A DNA stretch of 64,000 bases, from the NCBI RefSeq assembly GCF_963921235.1, contig NC_086097.1, positions 80,416,001-80,480,000 of the forward strand, in the 5' to 3' direction. The notes below the pieces were generated by a model that saw only the letters and a program-made list of their open reading frames with translations, was not told the origin of the DNA and ran no database searches. This document shows positions 38,249 through 50,000 of this stretch, piece after piece. Numbering within the stretch: position 1 is the first letter of the stretch; each line of letters opens with the position of its first letter. The stretch comes from Mobula hypostoma (lineage: Eukaryota). A program made the position numbers and the translations under genes.

Positions 38249-38986
38249 TGGGCCTCCACTAAGTTTCCCAACACCTCTCTGATCAGCTGAACAACTGAGG
38301 GAGGGGCTGATCCCCTTAAATGATCACCCTGGCACTGCAACCAATTTAGCTGCTCTCCTAGCCAGAGAAGATACACCTGACAGCTTTTCCCCAATCTCCT
38401 GACACAGGTATGGAAAGCCCCTCATGCACTGCATTTTACTTCCAGTCGAACCAGACGCATTTTCCCCCGCTTTCAGATAACTGGCAGCTGTCACTATGGG
38501 GTAATTGACCCTAACAGTTCTAACACCGTCACCAGCCCGCCTACTCAAACTTTCAACCAATCCCTGTCGCTGTCCCTCAGCTGAGCACTGCCACTCATCT
38601 AACAACCGAGAGATCTGCTCCGCCCACCTCTCGTACGCCTCCGCCCCTTTAGGGATGGACACTATCCCAAAAACCAGGCGGAGCCTGCCATAGCTGGAAC
38701 ATTGATTCACAGACACTACCTCCGAATCAGACCACTCTTTCCTCTCTCTCCTAACAGTATGGACAGCCCATGGTCCCGCCTCACCTGGCAGTCCCACCAC
38801 CAACTGGTCAGCGCTAGTCTGAACTTGAACAAAGACCTTTGTGGTAGTAAGTAATAAGCATAAGTAATGCAGCTTCCCACAGAGACACACATTACTAACT
38901 GCAATCCCACAGAGATATAGCAGCACTGATTTAAACAGGGCAATCACATAGCACACCACTGAATCAAATCTCGGACACAGCCCCAA
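38155..38986 (-). pseudogene. PNMA-like Gypsy gag (shortened, frameshifted)
   Basis: YGRLRLVFGIVSIPKGAEAYERWAEQ..LLDEWQCS..QRQGLVESL resembles the PNMA/Gypsy capsid motif. Split across ORFs 38324-38986 and 38155-38394. Confidence 0.75.
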
Positions 38987-38987
38987 A
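38964..38987 (-). promoter_or_regulatory. Primer-binding site, tRNA-Pro-like (degenerate)
   Basis: Minus strand TTTGGGGCTGTGTCCGAGATTTGA next to the 5' LTR, versus canonical Pro PBS TGGGGGCTCGTCCGGGAT(TTGA). Confidence 0.65.
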
Positions 38988-39701
38988 TGTAGCCCTCTGG
39001 TAAGCCTCAGGCTCGCTCAGCTCGCTTTCGACTAGGGGGAGCAGCCTTCGGCCCCGCCAAACTGGGTAATCAAGTTTGTGTGGGTGCTGTGTGATGTACC
39101 CCACCCCTCCAAATAACAGACAGTACAGCATATGCAATTAAATGATTACACTTTATAGATCTTACTGGAACTAAGTAATTAATAGAGATAAAATATAAAA
39201 GGAAAATAAAAGGCATCAAACTTATCAAAGTTCAACCACTTTGTGCACAAGCGTTGGAGTTCAAGTAACGGAGTCTTCTTTCCACCATTCGATCCCCTCT
39301 GACCCCCTCGACCCACCACCTGGGACCAACCACGGTAGTCGACCAGACGCTGCACATGAGTCTGTCTTCGTCTCCTCTCCTCGCCGAAGGCCCTGGGCCT
39401 TGGACTCCTGCTCAGGGTCGGTCCCGCCGCCCAGGGTCACAGCATCGCATCTCTGCTTTCTGTCCCCATCGCGCCTTCTGCCTCAAAGCCCGCGAACAGT
39501 AGCCTACAGACACACAAGAAAGAATAACACCTATCCCAATTGGTTAGCAAATGAATACAATTCTCTTTATAACCCAAACAAGCTGCTAGAGAGAGAACTT
39601 TCTCAGCAGTTATTATTACAGAAAAGCGAATTGCATTATAACATAACAAAGAAGCCATTTTATTAACCTTCGCAGTAACATAAAAGAAGAAACCCCTTAC
39701 A
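38988..39701 (-). repeat. 5' LTR of the myosin-carrying Gypsy element
   Basis: TG...CA ends; direct repeat of 35720-36458. Confidence 0.92.
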
Positions 39702-40166
39702 ACTAGAACAGGCGTTATGATCATGGGTTAATATCTCTTGATATTGTATATTTTCACCTCATTTCAATCCTCTATCTGAATATTTGAAAGGGTATTTCCA
39801 TTGTACCATTAATCACACAGAATCTGCCTACCAAATCTTTACTTATCCTTGTATTCGATTTAGTTAATTAACAATTGACTAAAACCTTTAGCTGATATTA
39901 TAATTCCTGTCCTTGAATTGGAAGCCATGAGGGAAACCTAATAATGGGCTTCCCCTGCATCATTCAGACGATATTGGCAGACTGTGAATACATATAAAGT
40001 AAATTTAATATCATAGTATGCATATATGTCACCATATACCACTTTAGGTTCATTTCCTTGTAGGCATTTACTGGAAAATAAAGAAATGCAATAGAATTTA
40101 TTAAAAATTACAAAAAGGCAAAAACTGACAAGCAACCAATGTACAAAGGAAGACAAATCGTGCAAA

Positions 40167-41060
40167 TTTTTTTTTATTTCAAAATATACTTTATTCAAAA
40201 ATAAATATATACAATAAACCATTCAATAACTTTTCATCCTTTACATACGTTTCCATTATACTCGGTACATATCTGTATTTATAGCCACCCACGTGGCACT
40301 CCAGTAGTTCAGCTTAGCATATCATTGTTGAGGGGTATACTCCTCGCCCACCGACCCCTCCCACTCCCACAGGTGGAGAAACCTATACTGTGGTCCTTCC
40401 CCACCGGGCCCTTGCGGTGGCTGCACCAAGTTTCAGTGCGTCCCTCAGCACGTACTCCTGCAGCCGAGAATGTGCCAGTCGGCAGCATTCTCCCACGGAC
40501 ATCTCCATGTGCTGGTAGATCATCAAGTTTCGGGCCGACCAAAGAGCGTCTTTCACCGAGTTGATGATCTGCCAGCAGCACCGGATGTTTGTCTCCGTGT
40601 GCGTCCCCGGGAACAGCCCGTAGATCAGAGAGTCCTCTGTTACGCAGCTGCTGGGGATAAAACGTGACACTAGCCCGTCCATCCTCCTCCACACCCTCTT
40701 TGCGAACTGGCGGTGTGCAAAGAGGTGGGTCACAGACTCCTCCTTACTGCAGTCCTCCCGTGGGCAGTGGGGTGCGGAGACGACGTTCCGGGCGTACAGG
40801 AGGGCTCTGACTGGGAGGCCCCTCTCACTGCCAGCCAGGCGAGGTCTTGGTGCCTGTTGGTTAGATCTGGCGATGAGGCATTTTGCCAGATGAACTGGAC
40901 AGTCTGCTCAGGGAACCACCCCACTGTGTCCATCACGTCCTTCTCCTGCAGTGCCTGCAGGACACTACGTGCCGACCACTGCCTGATGGCCCTGTGGTCA
41001 AAGGCGTTCTCCTGGAAGAACTTTGCTACGTAGGACAGGTATGCCGGCAACGACCATAAC
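40167..41060 (-). mobile_element. Tx1-clade LINE 3' end, inserted in an older Rex1-type tail repeat (~39990-41320)
   Basis: WQNASSPDLTNRHQDLAWLAVRGA, CPREDC..ESVTHLF, CWQIINSVKDALWSARNL. Poly-A tail, seen as a T-run at 40167. Confidence 0.75.
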
Positions 41061-44000
41061 ACAAAAGAAGTAAATAAATAATACTGAGAGTATGTGCTGT
41101 AGAGTGATTGAAAGTAAGTCTATAGGTTGTGGAGTCACTTCAGCATTAAGGTGAATGAAGTTATCCAGACTGATTCAGGAACCTGATGGTTGAAGGGTAA
41201 TGTTTCTGGACTTAAGGCTCCTTTACTGCCTGCCTGATGGTAGAAATGAGAACAGAGCATGGCCTGGATAATGGAGGGTCTTGATGACGGATGCTGCTTT
41301 CTTGTGACAGCTCTCCATGTAAATTTGCTCACAAACAGATTGGACAACCAAAGCAGTTTGGATTCCACTGAAAAGTCTTCAACCTAAAGAACTAACTCTC
41401 TTTCCACTTCTGCAGGTATCACCGGACCTGCTGAACATCTCCAGCATTGTTTGATTGCACTTTCAAATTTCAAGCTTCTGCAGTTCTTTAATGTTCAAGC
41501 CAAGCCTTGATATCACATATTAAGAAGCTGCATTCATGAAATTCCAGGAAGGAGGTAGGTTAATTGGGAAGCAAAGAGTAATTAAGAGGTAGGAATAAAG
41601 TAGGATGTTGAGCAAGTACTCTGGAACTGCAATTTTTGTCAGGCATAGATGCACATTCCACATTCAGGCATGCATTTAACAGAAGGCTGTGTTCTGGGCA
41701 AACATTTGCAAAACAGACCTCAACTACCATTAGACACCTGACTTACCAAGATCCTGCAGCAGGTTTGAGCGCTTGGTTTCTCATTTGTTGCCTGCAATAA
41801 TACAAAGCACCTTCCCATATAGCATGGAAAAGTCAGATTTTTAACTAACACTGAAGAAATTCAGTTAAAGCCTGTTTCAGCGTTTATGACAATAAACAAA
41901 CCTAATCTAGTCTATTCAAACTTTGAACATTTGGTAGAACTTTACACAATCAGTGTTGAAAGCCATTTGATGCCACTGTAAAAGCCCGATATTCTCCAAG
42001 CAATGGTCTCAGTATATCTGATTTGAAAATCTTTTTATGTTGGCATACAAATTTAGTGATAAAAAAAATCCACTTCAGAACACCTAAAATCATTCCACTA
42101 TCTGGTGGCACTTCTGAGTTTGTCTCAGTTGAATGCTTCAATGCATATGCGGTTTCTGTACCAAATTAAAACTGTGATCATAAACTGTAAATCTGATCGT
42201 CAGACACCTCTTCCAGTAAATGACGACACACATTTGTCTCATCTTCGTTTTACACTAGATGCTGCCAGCATCCGTAATATGGCACAGATAAGAAGGTGAG
42301 ATGAAAAGCACTATCACACTTGTGTGTGACTTCAGAAATATTGTCTGTATAGCTATCAGGTTTTTGAAAGTTGGTGTAAGAGCTGGGCGGCAAGGAGCAG
42401 AAAAGAACAATAAAATGCACATTCAGAATCCATTCCTTTGAGTCATTGCTTGATGTGCTTTGCCTTTAAGGATATGTGATGTGTAGCCTCAAAATGTAAA
42501 TTAACTGCTTAGAATTCAAGAGAGCAGAAGCACACTAGGATAAATAAGGTGCACTAATGCTGCATGCTACTGCAATCACTTTGCCATTGCATTCAACTGT
42601 AAACAAGATATCCTAAATGACAGTGTATTCATTAATTTACTAGCAGCAGCTTGTGCAAGGTTTCATAGCCTGGCAAGCTTTTGTGTTTAGGACCTGATAT
42701 ACTTGCATCTGCAAGCAGTTCATGTCCATTCAAAGATACTTCTCACTGTAACCATTTATCTGTTACTGCCTTTTTAAATCTTATCAACTCTACCCGTATT
42801 AAAAAAAACACAAATCCGTGCAGGCTGCCAATATTTGGTATTAGATTCCTTTGAGCATATTCATAACATGGATAACCAACATAAATATGTCACACTGTCA
42901 TTAAACTATAGGCATTGAAAAATGAAGTCAGCTTCTCAGGAAGATATTTCTTCATGTTCAGTTCTTGGTTAACAAGAAACCATAAAATAGGTAATTGAAA
43001 TAAGAAAACTCAGCATTTAATCTTCACATATTACGCTCGATGTCATTATAATATGTGGATAGCTGAACAGACCATCTTGAAGACACGAGAGACTGCAATT
43101 GCTGGAAACTGGAGCAACAGAAGATCTGGTGGAACTCAGTGGGTTGAGCAGCATCTGTGGGAGGAAAGGGTTTGTAAAGGTTTGAGTTGAAATGCTGCAC
43201 CGGGAAGACCATCGTTAAAGCATGTCCGAGAGTCACAGAGAAGTAGGATGGAAACAGGTCCTTTCGACCAACTGGTTGATGCAGACCACAGCATCCTCAC
43301 TGCTAGTCCCAGCTGCCTATGTTCAGCCCGTAACTCAGCAAACCTTTCCTTCATTGTACCTACCCAAATGCTTTTTAAACGGTGCAGTTGTATCCACCTC
43401 CGTGACTTCCTCTGGCAGCTCACTCCAGGTACTCACTACCATCTGTGTGAAGAAGTTACCTCTCAGATCTCTTTTAAATCTCTACCCTGCTTTCTTGCAG
43501 CTGTGCCCTCCTTAGGAAAAAGATTATGACTGCCCACCTTGTCCATGCACCTCATGATTAGCCATAAACTTCTATGAGGTCACCTCTCATTTTCCTATGT
43601 TCCAAGCAATAAAAATGCAGCATAGCCAAGCTTTCCCTATAACTCAGGCCCTCTAGTCCAGGCAGCATTTTCATAAATCTCTTCTGCACCTTCTTATAGC
43701 AGGGTGACCAGAAATGTACACAATGGGGCTTCCGCCTGCAGCTCGATGGAGTAATACATAAATTTTTCGGCTGCCTTTAATTCCTCCTTTTCCCCAGTTT
43801 AAACCTTGAATTTTTAACTTTTATTTCTTGGAGCTTAGAGGGAAATAGTTGTCATTATGTCATATCCTTTAAGAAGTGGAAAGCAGCCTTCTGAATCCAG
43901 CAATGGAAAGCAAAAAACTTTGAAAGAAAAATCGGAAGATATGCCTGTCTGGGCTGAGCGTTTGGAACGTGCGTTGATGGCTCTCGACAACAAAATAGAC

Positions 44001-45499
44001 AATAACACTTCTGAGTTGAAGTCGTTCCGACAGAGTTTTCAGACTATTGTGGAAAATATTATTTCCTTGAATACTGAGTTTAAAGAATCGAAACGTCAGG
44101 TTGTGGATATTTCAACCCGCTTGGAACAGGCTCAGTGTAAAATTGTTGACTTAGAGGCGAAGTTTCGTTGGAATAATATTCGAATTAACAGATTGAAGGA
44201 AGGCTCTGAGGGTGGGAATTTATTGGACTATTTTGCCAATTTGTTTCAATCTTTGTTTCCGGATATTCTACCTTAGCCTCCCGATATTGAAAGAGCTCAT
44301 AGGATTTCCACATTGAATTCTCAGATCTCAGGTAAAACTTGGCCAATTTTGGTCAATTTTCTTCGCTTTAAAGTTAAAGACCAAATCATAAAATGTGCAA
44401 GGAAACAGAGAGTTTTTAAATGTAACAGTTCCGAGATCTGTTTTTACGAAGACTATCCACGGGAAATTATGGAACAGCGGATGAAATTTGTCCCAGCTAT
44501 GAAAATTGCTCATGCAAAAGGACTTTATCCATCACTTTGCTATCCTGCTAGATTAAAATTATTTCCTAAAGATTCTGCACCTCGTGTGTTTTCGGATCCC
44601 CAAGCGACATTGGACTTCATTAACTCTATTGTGCAGTCAGCTGACGCATGAAGGATATTTGGGTTGCTGAATAATTTTCTGAAAGAAAACAGGCTTTGAA
44701 GATTTTTGATTTGCTGAAGATTTCCTTTGATCCATGAACTATTTAAAGAAGAAGTGAACTTCTTGGTTTGACTAATGAATGACTTTTTTGAAGTCTGTTT
44801 GTTATATGGAGTGAACTAACACAGTGGACAGATTATTAACTGGTTTGATTATATGCTTCTTTTTTTCTTTTCTTTTATTAATTAAGTGATAGCTTTCATA
44901 GTTTATATAGACTCTTTCTTATATAGTGAGGAGTGTTCAGAATAGATAATTAGTTTTAGCTTCTTTTATTAAAAAAGTTGGGTTGTAAGCTAAAGGAATA
45001 ATGGTGCCTTTTTCTTGTTAGAGATTGTATTGTTTAGGTTTAAAAGCATTGTTTTGATGCTTTTGGAGACTGTTTTTGCATTCCCTAGTTCAGGGGTACT
45101 CAAAATTTTTGGAATGCGGACTGGGTTTAATATTGACAATATTCTTGCCGACCAGCTCAACTGGTTGGGGGGGGGGTAGGGTTGCCAACAGACAAGAGTA
45201 GCAGTCAAATACGTTGTGTTTACCCCGAGAAAGACTACAATTACTATGAAGCCTTGTGCGGGCACCAGTGCGCATGCGTGTACGTGCCGATTTTTTTTCT
45301 ACAAATCATTTTTGGCGATTCTGTTCGGGGAGGGGGGTGTTAATCACGACCGGAATATAAGTGATAAGTGGCTAATACACTCAATTTCGTTTCTAAAAGG
45401 GGTTATCTAACGAATTTAATATTAAACACACAGCTCATATTTTCCTCACATGAATATAGTGATGTCAATTATCAGGGGAGGACAGGGGAGCTCGAAGTA

Positions 45500-45735
45500 A
45501 GTGTTGAATGAACTTCCATTAGAAGTGGTAGAGGCAGGTTCGATATTACCATTTAAAGAAAAATTGGATAGGTATATAGACAGGAAAGGAATGGAGGGTT
45601 ATGGGCTGAGTGCAGGTTGGTGGGACTAGGTAAGAGTAGCGTTCGGCATGGACTAGAAGGGCCGAGGCGTTTGGCATGGACTAGGAGGGCCGAGATTGCC
45701 TGTTTCTGTGCTGTAATTGCTATATGGTTATATAA
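45500..45735 (+). mobile_element. CR1 3' fragment inside the hAT element
   Basis: NELP.EVVEAG..FKEKLDRY plus CR1 3' UTR. Confidence 0.65.
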
Positions 45736-45926
45736 GTAAGTCAATAGCATCATAACATTTTAAGTAACATTTGGATATTAAACACACAGCACATATTTTC
45801 CCCGTATGAACATATAAAATAATTGCAACACACCAATATCACTGAATCAGTGGGAGCCCTGGGCTTGTTTCCCTGCAACAAGACGGTCCTATCGAGGGGT
45901 GATGGGAGACAGTGATACTCTAAGGG

Positions 45927-46130
45927 GCAACATACATCAAAGTTGCTGGTGAACGCAGCAGGCCAGGCAGCATCTATAGGAAGAGGTGCAGTCGACGTTT
46001 CAGGCCGAGACCTTCTCGGCCTGAAACGTCGACTGCACCTTTTCCTATAGATGCTGCCTGGCCTGCTGCGTTCACCAGCAACTTTGATGTATGTTGCTTG
46101 AATTTCCAGCATCTGCAGAATTCCTGTTGT
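45927..46130. mobile_element. Penelope-like hairpin element
   Basis: 84-bp inverted arms (45927-46010, 46014-46097) with a 3-nt loop. 13-bp TSD ATACTCTAAGGGG at 45915-45927 and 46131-46143. Confidence 0.8.
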
Positions 46131-46575
46131 ATACTCTAAGGGGGTTCCTCAGGTCCAGTCTATTCCACAATTTAGTTTTCGTTGCATTCATTGCAGAAAA
46201 TTCTGCTTCGCAGAGATATATTGAAAATGGAAGCAACGTTTTCAGTGCTTTTGTGGCTATCTCAGGATATGTAGCCTTGACTTTGATCCAGAATGCCGGC
46301 AGAGATGTTATGTCAAACATACTTTTCAGCCCGCCGTCATTTGCAAGCTCGAGGAGTTGATCTTCTTCCTGCGTTGACATGGATGCCGCGCGCATAATGA
46401 CCCTGCATGCGTTCAAGCTCAACAGTGGGCGTGACAGGGAATGAGGAAAGGTTCAGCTGACTCATATCACCAAATCATATCGTTTCCTCGCGGTCCGGTA
46501 GCGCATGCTTTGCGACCTGGTTCCAGTCCGCGGCCCAGTGGTTGGGGACCGCTGCCCTAGTTTATTTTCAATGAT

Positions 46576-47066
46576 TAGTCATAGTCATAGTCATACTTTA
46601 TTGATCCTGGGGGAAATTGGATTTTCGCTACAGTGGCTCCATAAATAATAAATAGTAATAAAACCATAAATAGTTAAATAGTAATATGTAAATTATGCCA
46701 GGAAATGAGTCCAGGACTGGCCTATTGGCTCAGGGTGTCTGACCCTCCAGGGCAGGAGTTGTGAAGTTTGATGGCCACAGGCAGGAATGACTTCCTATGA
46801 TGCTCTGTATTGCATCTCAGTGGAATGAGTCTCTGGCTGAACGTACTCCTGTGCCCAACCAATATGTTATGTAGTGGATGGGAGACATTGTCCAAGATGG
46901 CATGCAACTTGGACAGCATCCTCTTTTCAGACACCACCATGAGAGAGTCCAGTTCCATCCCCACAACATTACTGGCCTTATGAATGAATTTGTTGATTCT
47001 GTTGGTGTCTGCTACCCTCAGCCTGCTGCCCCAGCACACAACAGCAAACATGATAGCACTGGCCAT
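46576..47066 (-). mobile_element. Rex1/Babar LINE 3' fragment in the L1 inter-ORF region
   Basis: ASAIMFAVVCWG..ILDNVSHPLH..RKSFLPVAIKLHN, with a (TAGTCA)n tail. Confidence 0.8.
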
Positions 47067-50000
47067 TAACTATAAACATCTTTTTTCTGCTTCTCTGCTG
47101 GGTTTTCTTGTCTTAGGGTCATGTGATTTCTTTGTAAAGGGGAGGGGGGGAATTGGGAGAAAAACTTTAAAATCACTATTTATATTGAGCCGCACGCGGA
47201 GTTCTGCCTTTTCTTTTCTCTTTGTGGAGGCATTCCGGCTTTTTTCTTCCTTTTTCCGGATTTCTACCTTTTGGGATGGTGGGAGGTTTCGGGGTATTTT
47301 TGCATTTTGGGGTTTATTACAGGATTTTTTTTCAGGTTTTTTCCCGTTATGGAGCTCCAGAGCATACGTGTTTTCTATATGGTTATACTCATCACTGCCG
47401 TCTTTGATTAGCCCACAATTGTATGCGTGTATTTTCGGGTTTAAAACAATATTCTATGGTTATTAAACAGATAAATGTTATTAGTTGGAATGTACGTGGC
47501 TGGAATCACCCTATTAAGCGAAAGAAGACTTTTAAAATTATTTATCGATTCCAGCCCAATATAATTTTTGTTCAAGAAATGCATATCAGAATGGGTGATC
47601 AAAATAGATATTTTAAAACATGGAAGGGCCTTCAATATCATGCTACTTGTCAAAATAAAACAAAGGGAGTATCTATTTTTATTAAATCTAATATTTTATT
47701 TATCCAAGAAGATATTGTCTCAGATATCAATGGTAGATTTTTAATTATTATAGGAACAACTTGTAATGTCCTGGTTAATCTATATGGACCTAATGTAGAT
47801 AATCCTTCTTTTTCAAAAAATGTATTTGGTATATTACCAGACTTAAATGAATATATGCTACTGATGGGAGGTGAGTTCAACTGTTGTTTAAACCCTTTGA
47901 TTGATAAGAGTTCAACCACTCAGCAGCTTCCGAGTTGTTCAGCATCCCTTATTAATTCCTTTTTAATTGATTATGGTTTGATAGAAATATGGAGAAATCT
48001 ACATCCTAATGATAGAGATTATTCTTTTTATTCACATGTCCATAAAAAATACTTGTGAATTGATTATTTTATAGCTGATTTCCGATTTTTGTCCAAAGTC
48101 CAGAAATGTGAATATGATGCTATTGCTGTCTCAGATCATGCACCTTTAAGCTTAACTTTTGAATTAAATGATGTTAGTAATGTAAACTTGCCTTGGCGTT
48201 TTCCAGAAAACTTATTGCAAAGTTCGGACTTTGTCAAATTTATAGAGATTCAAATAAAAGATCTTTTTCTTTTTAATAATGCGGGAGATGTGTTGAAATT
48301 GATTACATGGGATACATTTAAAGCGTATTTGCGAGGTCAGAAAATCTCCTATTTGTCTAAGCTTAAGAAACAGACAAAAATAGAGTCAGATAGGATTTCA
48401 AAACAAATTAAAGACTTGGATAACACTTATGCAGTTTCTCTGAATATTGATTTATTTAAACGGGGGTTGAACTTCAATCCCAATATAATTTATTATTAGC
48501 TTATCCTATTGAAAGAAATTTGCTTAAATTAAAAAGTCACTTTTATGTGTTTGGAGGTAAAAGTAATAAGCTATTAGCATCCCAACTAAAAGCAGTCAGA
48601 GCTAAAAGACAAATTTAAAAAATTCGTAAGGGAGATGGTAAATTAGCTTGTAATTATGAAGATATTAATAAAATTTTTGAAGACTATTACAGTGAACTCT
48701 ATAAATCTCAGTTTCCAGCTGATCCTTCTAAAATGAATGCCTTTTTGCAAAAGATTGATTTTCCTAGAGTATCTGTTGAACAAACTCTTGATACTCCTTT
48801 TACTGAAAGAGGAATTCAGAAAGCTATTTTTTCAATGCAATCTGGTAAAGCTCCTGGACTGGATGGTTTTTCTGTAGGATTTTATAAAAAATCTGAAAAT
48901 GTGCTTACTCCTTATATGTTGGAAAAGCTTAAAGATTCTTTTTTGTTAGGAGAGTTACCTTCTACATTTTATGAAGCTTCTAGTTCTTTAATTCTTAAGA
49001 AAGATAAAGATCCTACTGATTGTGCTTCATATAGACCTATCTTATTATTAAATGTAGATGCCAAAATTCTTTCAAAAATAATGGCTAATCGGTTGGAGAA
49101 TATACTAGCTAAAATTATTTCTCAGGACCAAACAGGTTTTATAAAGGGTCGTTATTCTTTTTCTATCACTCGGAGACTGTTAAATGTTATATATTCATCC
49201 CTCTCGAAAACTCCCCAATGTGTTGTTTCTCTTGATGCTGAAAAGGCATTTGATAGAGTTGGATGGAAATATTTATTTAATGATTTAGAGAAATTTAGCT
49301 TTGGTACTAATTTTAATAAGTGGATTAGAATGATATACAAAGGTCCTATTGCCACTGTGATTACTAATAACTGTAGATCCCCCTTTTTTCGACTTTTGCG
49401 GGGTATGAGATAAAGATATCTGTTAAGTTCTTTATTATTTAATTTGGTGCTGGAACCTTTGGCTATTGCACTTTGTGAAGCTAAGGATATTCAAGGAATT
49501 TCCATAAATGGGACTATTCAAAAGATTTCCCTTTATGCTGATGATCTCTTAGTTTATATTTTGAATCCTGAAGAATCTATTCCTAATTTATTGAAATTAT
49601 TAAATGAATTTGGAAAGTTTTCAGAATATAAATTAAACCTGCATAAAAGTGAATTATTTCCTTTAAATGATTCTGCTTTTATATATGATGATATTCCTTT
49701 TAAAGTTATGGATTCTTTTAAATATTTAGGTATTATCATCACTAAAAGTTATGGAGACTTTTATAGAGCTAATTTAGTTCCCTTAGTGGATTTTATGAAG
49801 CAATTATTTTCTAGATAGAATCCTCTTACACTTTCGTTAGTTTCTCGAATTCATGCAGTTAAAATGATGATCTTACCAAAATTTTTATATGCATTTCAAA
49901 ATACTCCTTTTTTTTAACGAAGAAGTTTTTTGATCAGTTTGATTCTATTATTTCATCTTTTGTTTAGTATTATAAAAGACCAAGAATTGGGAAATGTCAT

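Larger units (their letters stand above)
35720..39701 (-). mobile_element. Compact non-autonomous Ty3/Gypsy LTR retrotransposon (PNMA-like gag) carrying captured myosin rod sequence
   Basis: LTRs at 35720-36458 and 38988-39701 (minus strand TGTAAGGGG...GGGCTACA). 4-bp TSD ACTA at 35716-35719 and 39702-39705. PPT and tRNA-Pro-like PBS present. Internal region is only ~2.5 kb. Confidence 0.92.
45091..46554 (-). mobile_element. Non-autonomous hAT-Charlie element (Charlie3/MER1-like) with a transposase C-terminal remnant
   Basis: Ends CAGGGGTACTCAAAA / GTTGGGGACCGCTG. 8-bp TSD CCCTAGTT at 45083-45090 and 46555-46562. hAT dimerisation-domain peptide FWIKVKATYPEIATKALKTLLPF..LCEAEFS, continuing past an insertion as VSLSPITPR*DRLVAGKQAQGSH*. 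Confidence 0.88.

Noticed and set aside
42259..42296. Possible micro-exon (TAG|ATGCTGCC...AGAAG|GTGAG)
   Set aside because: Splice-like flanks only; no recognisable peptide or partner exons.
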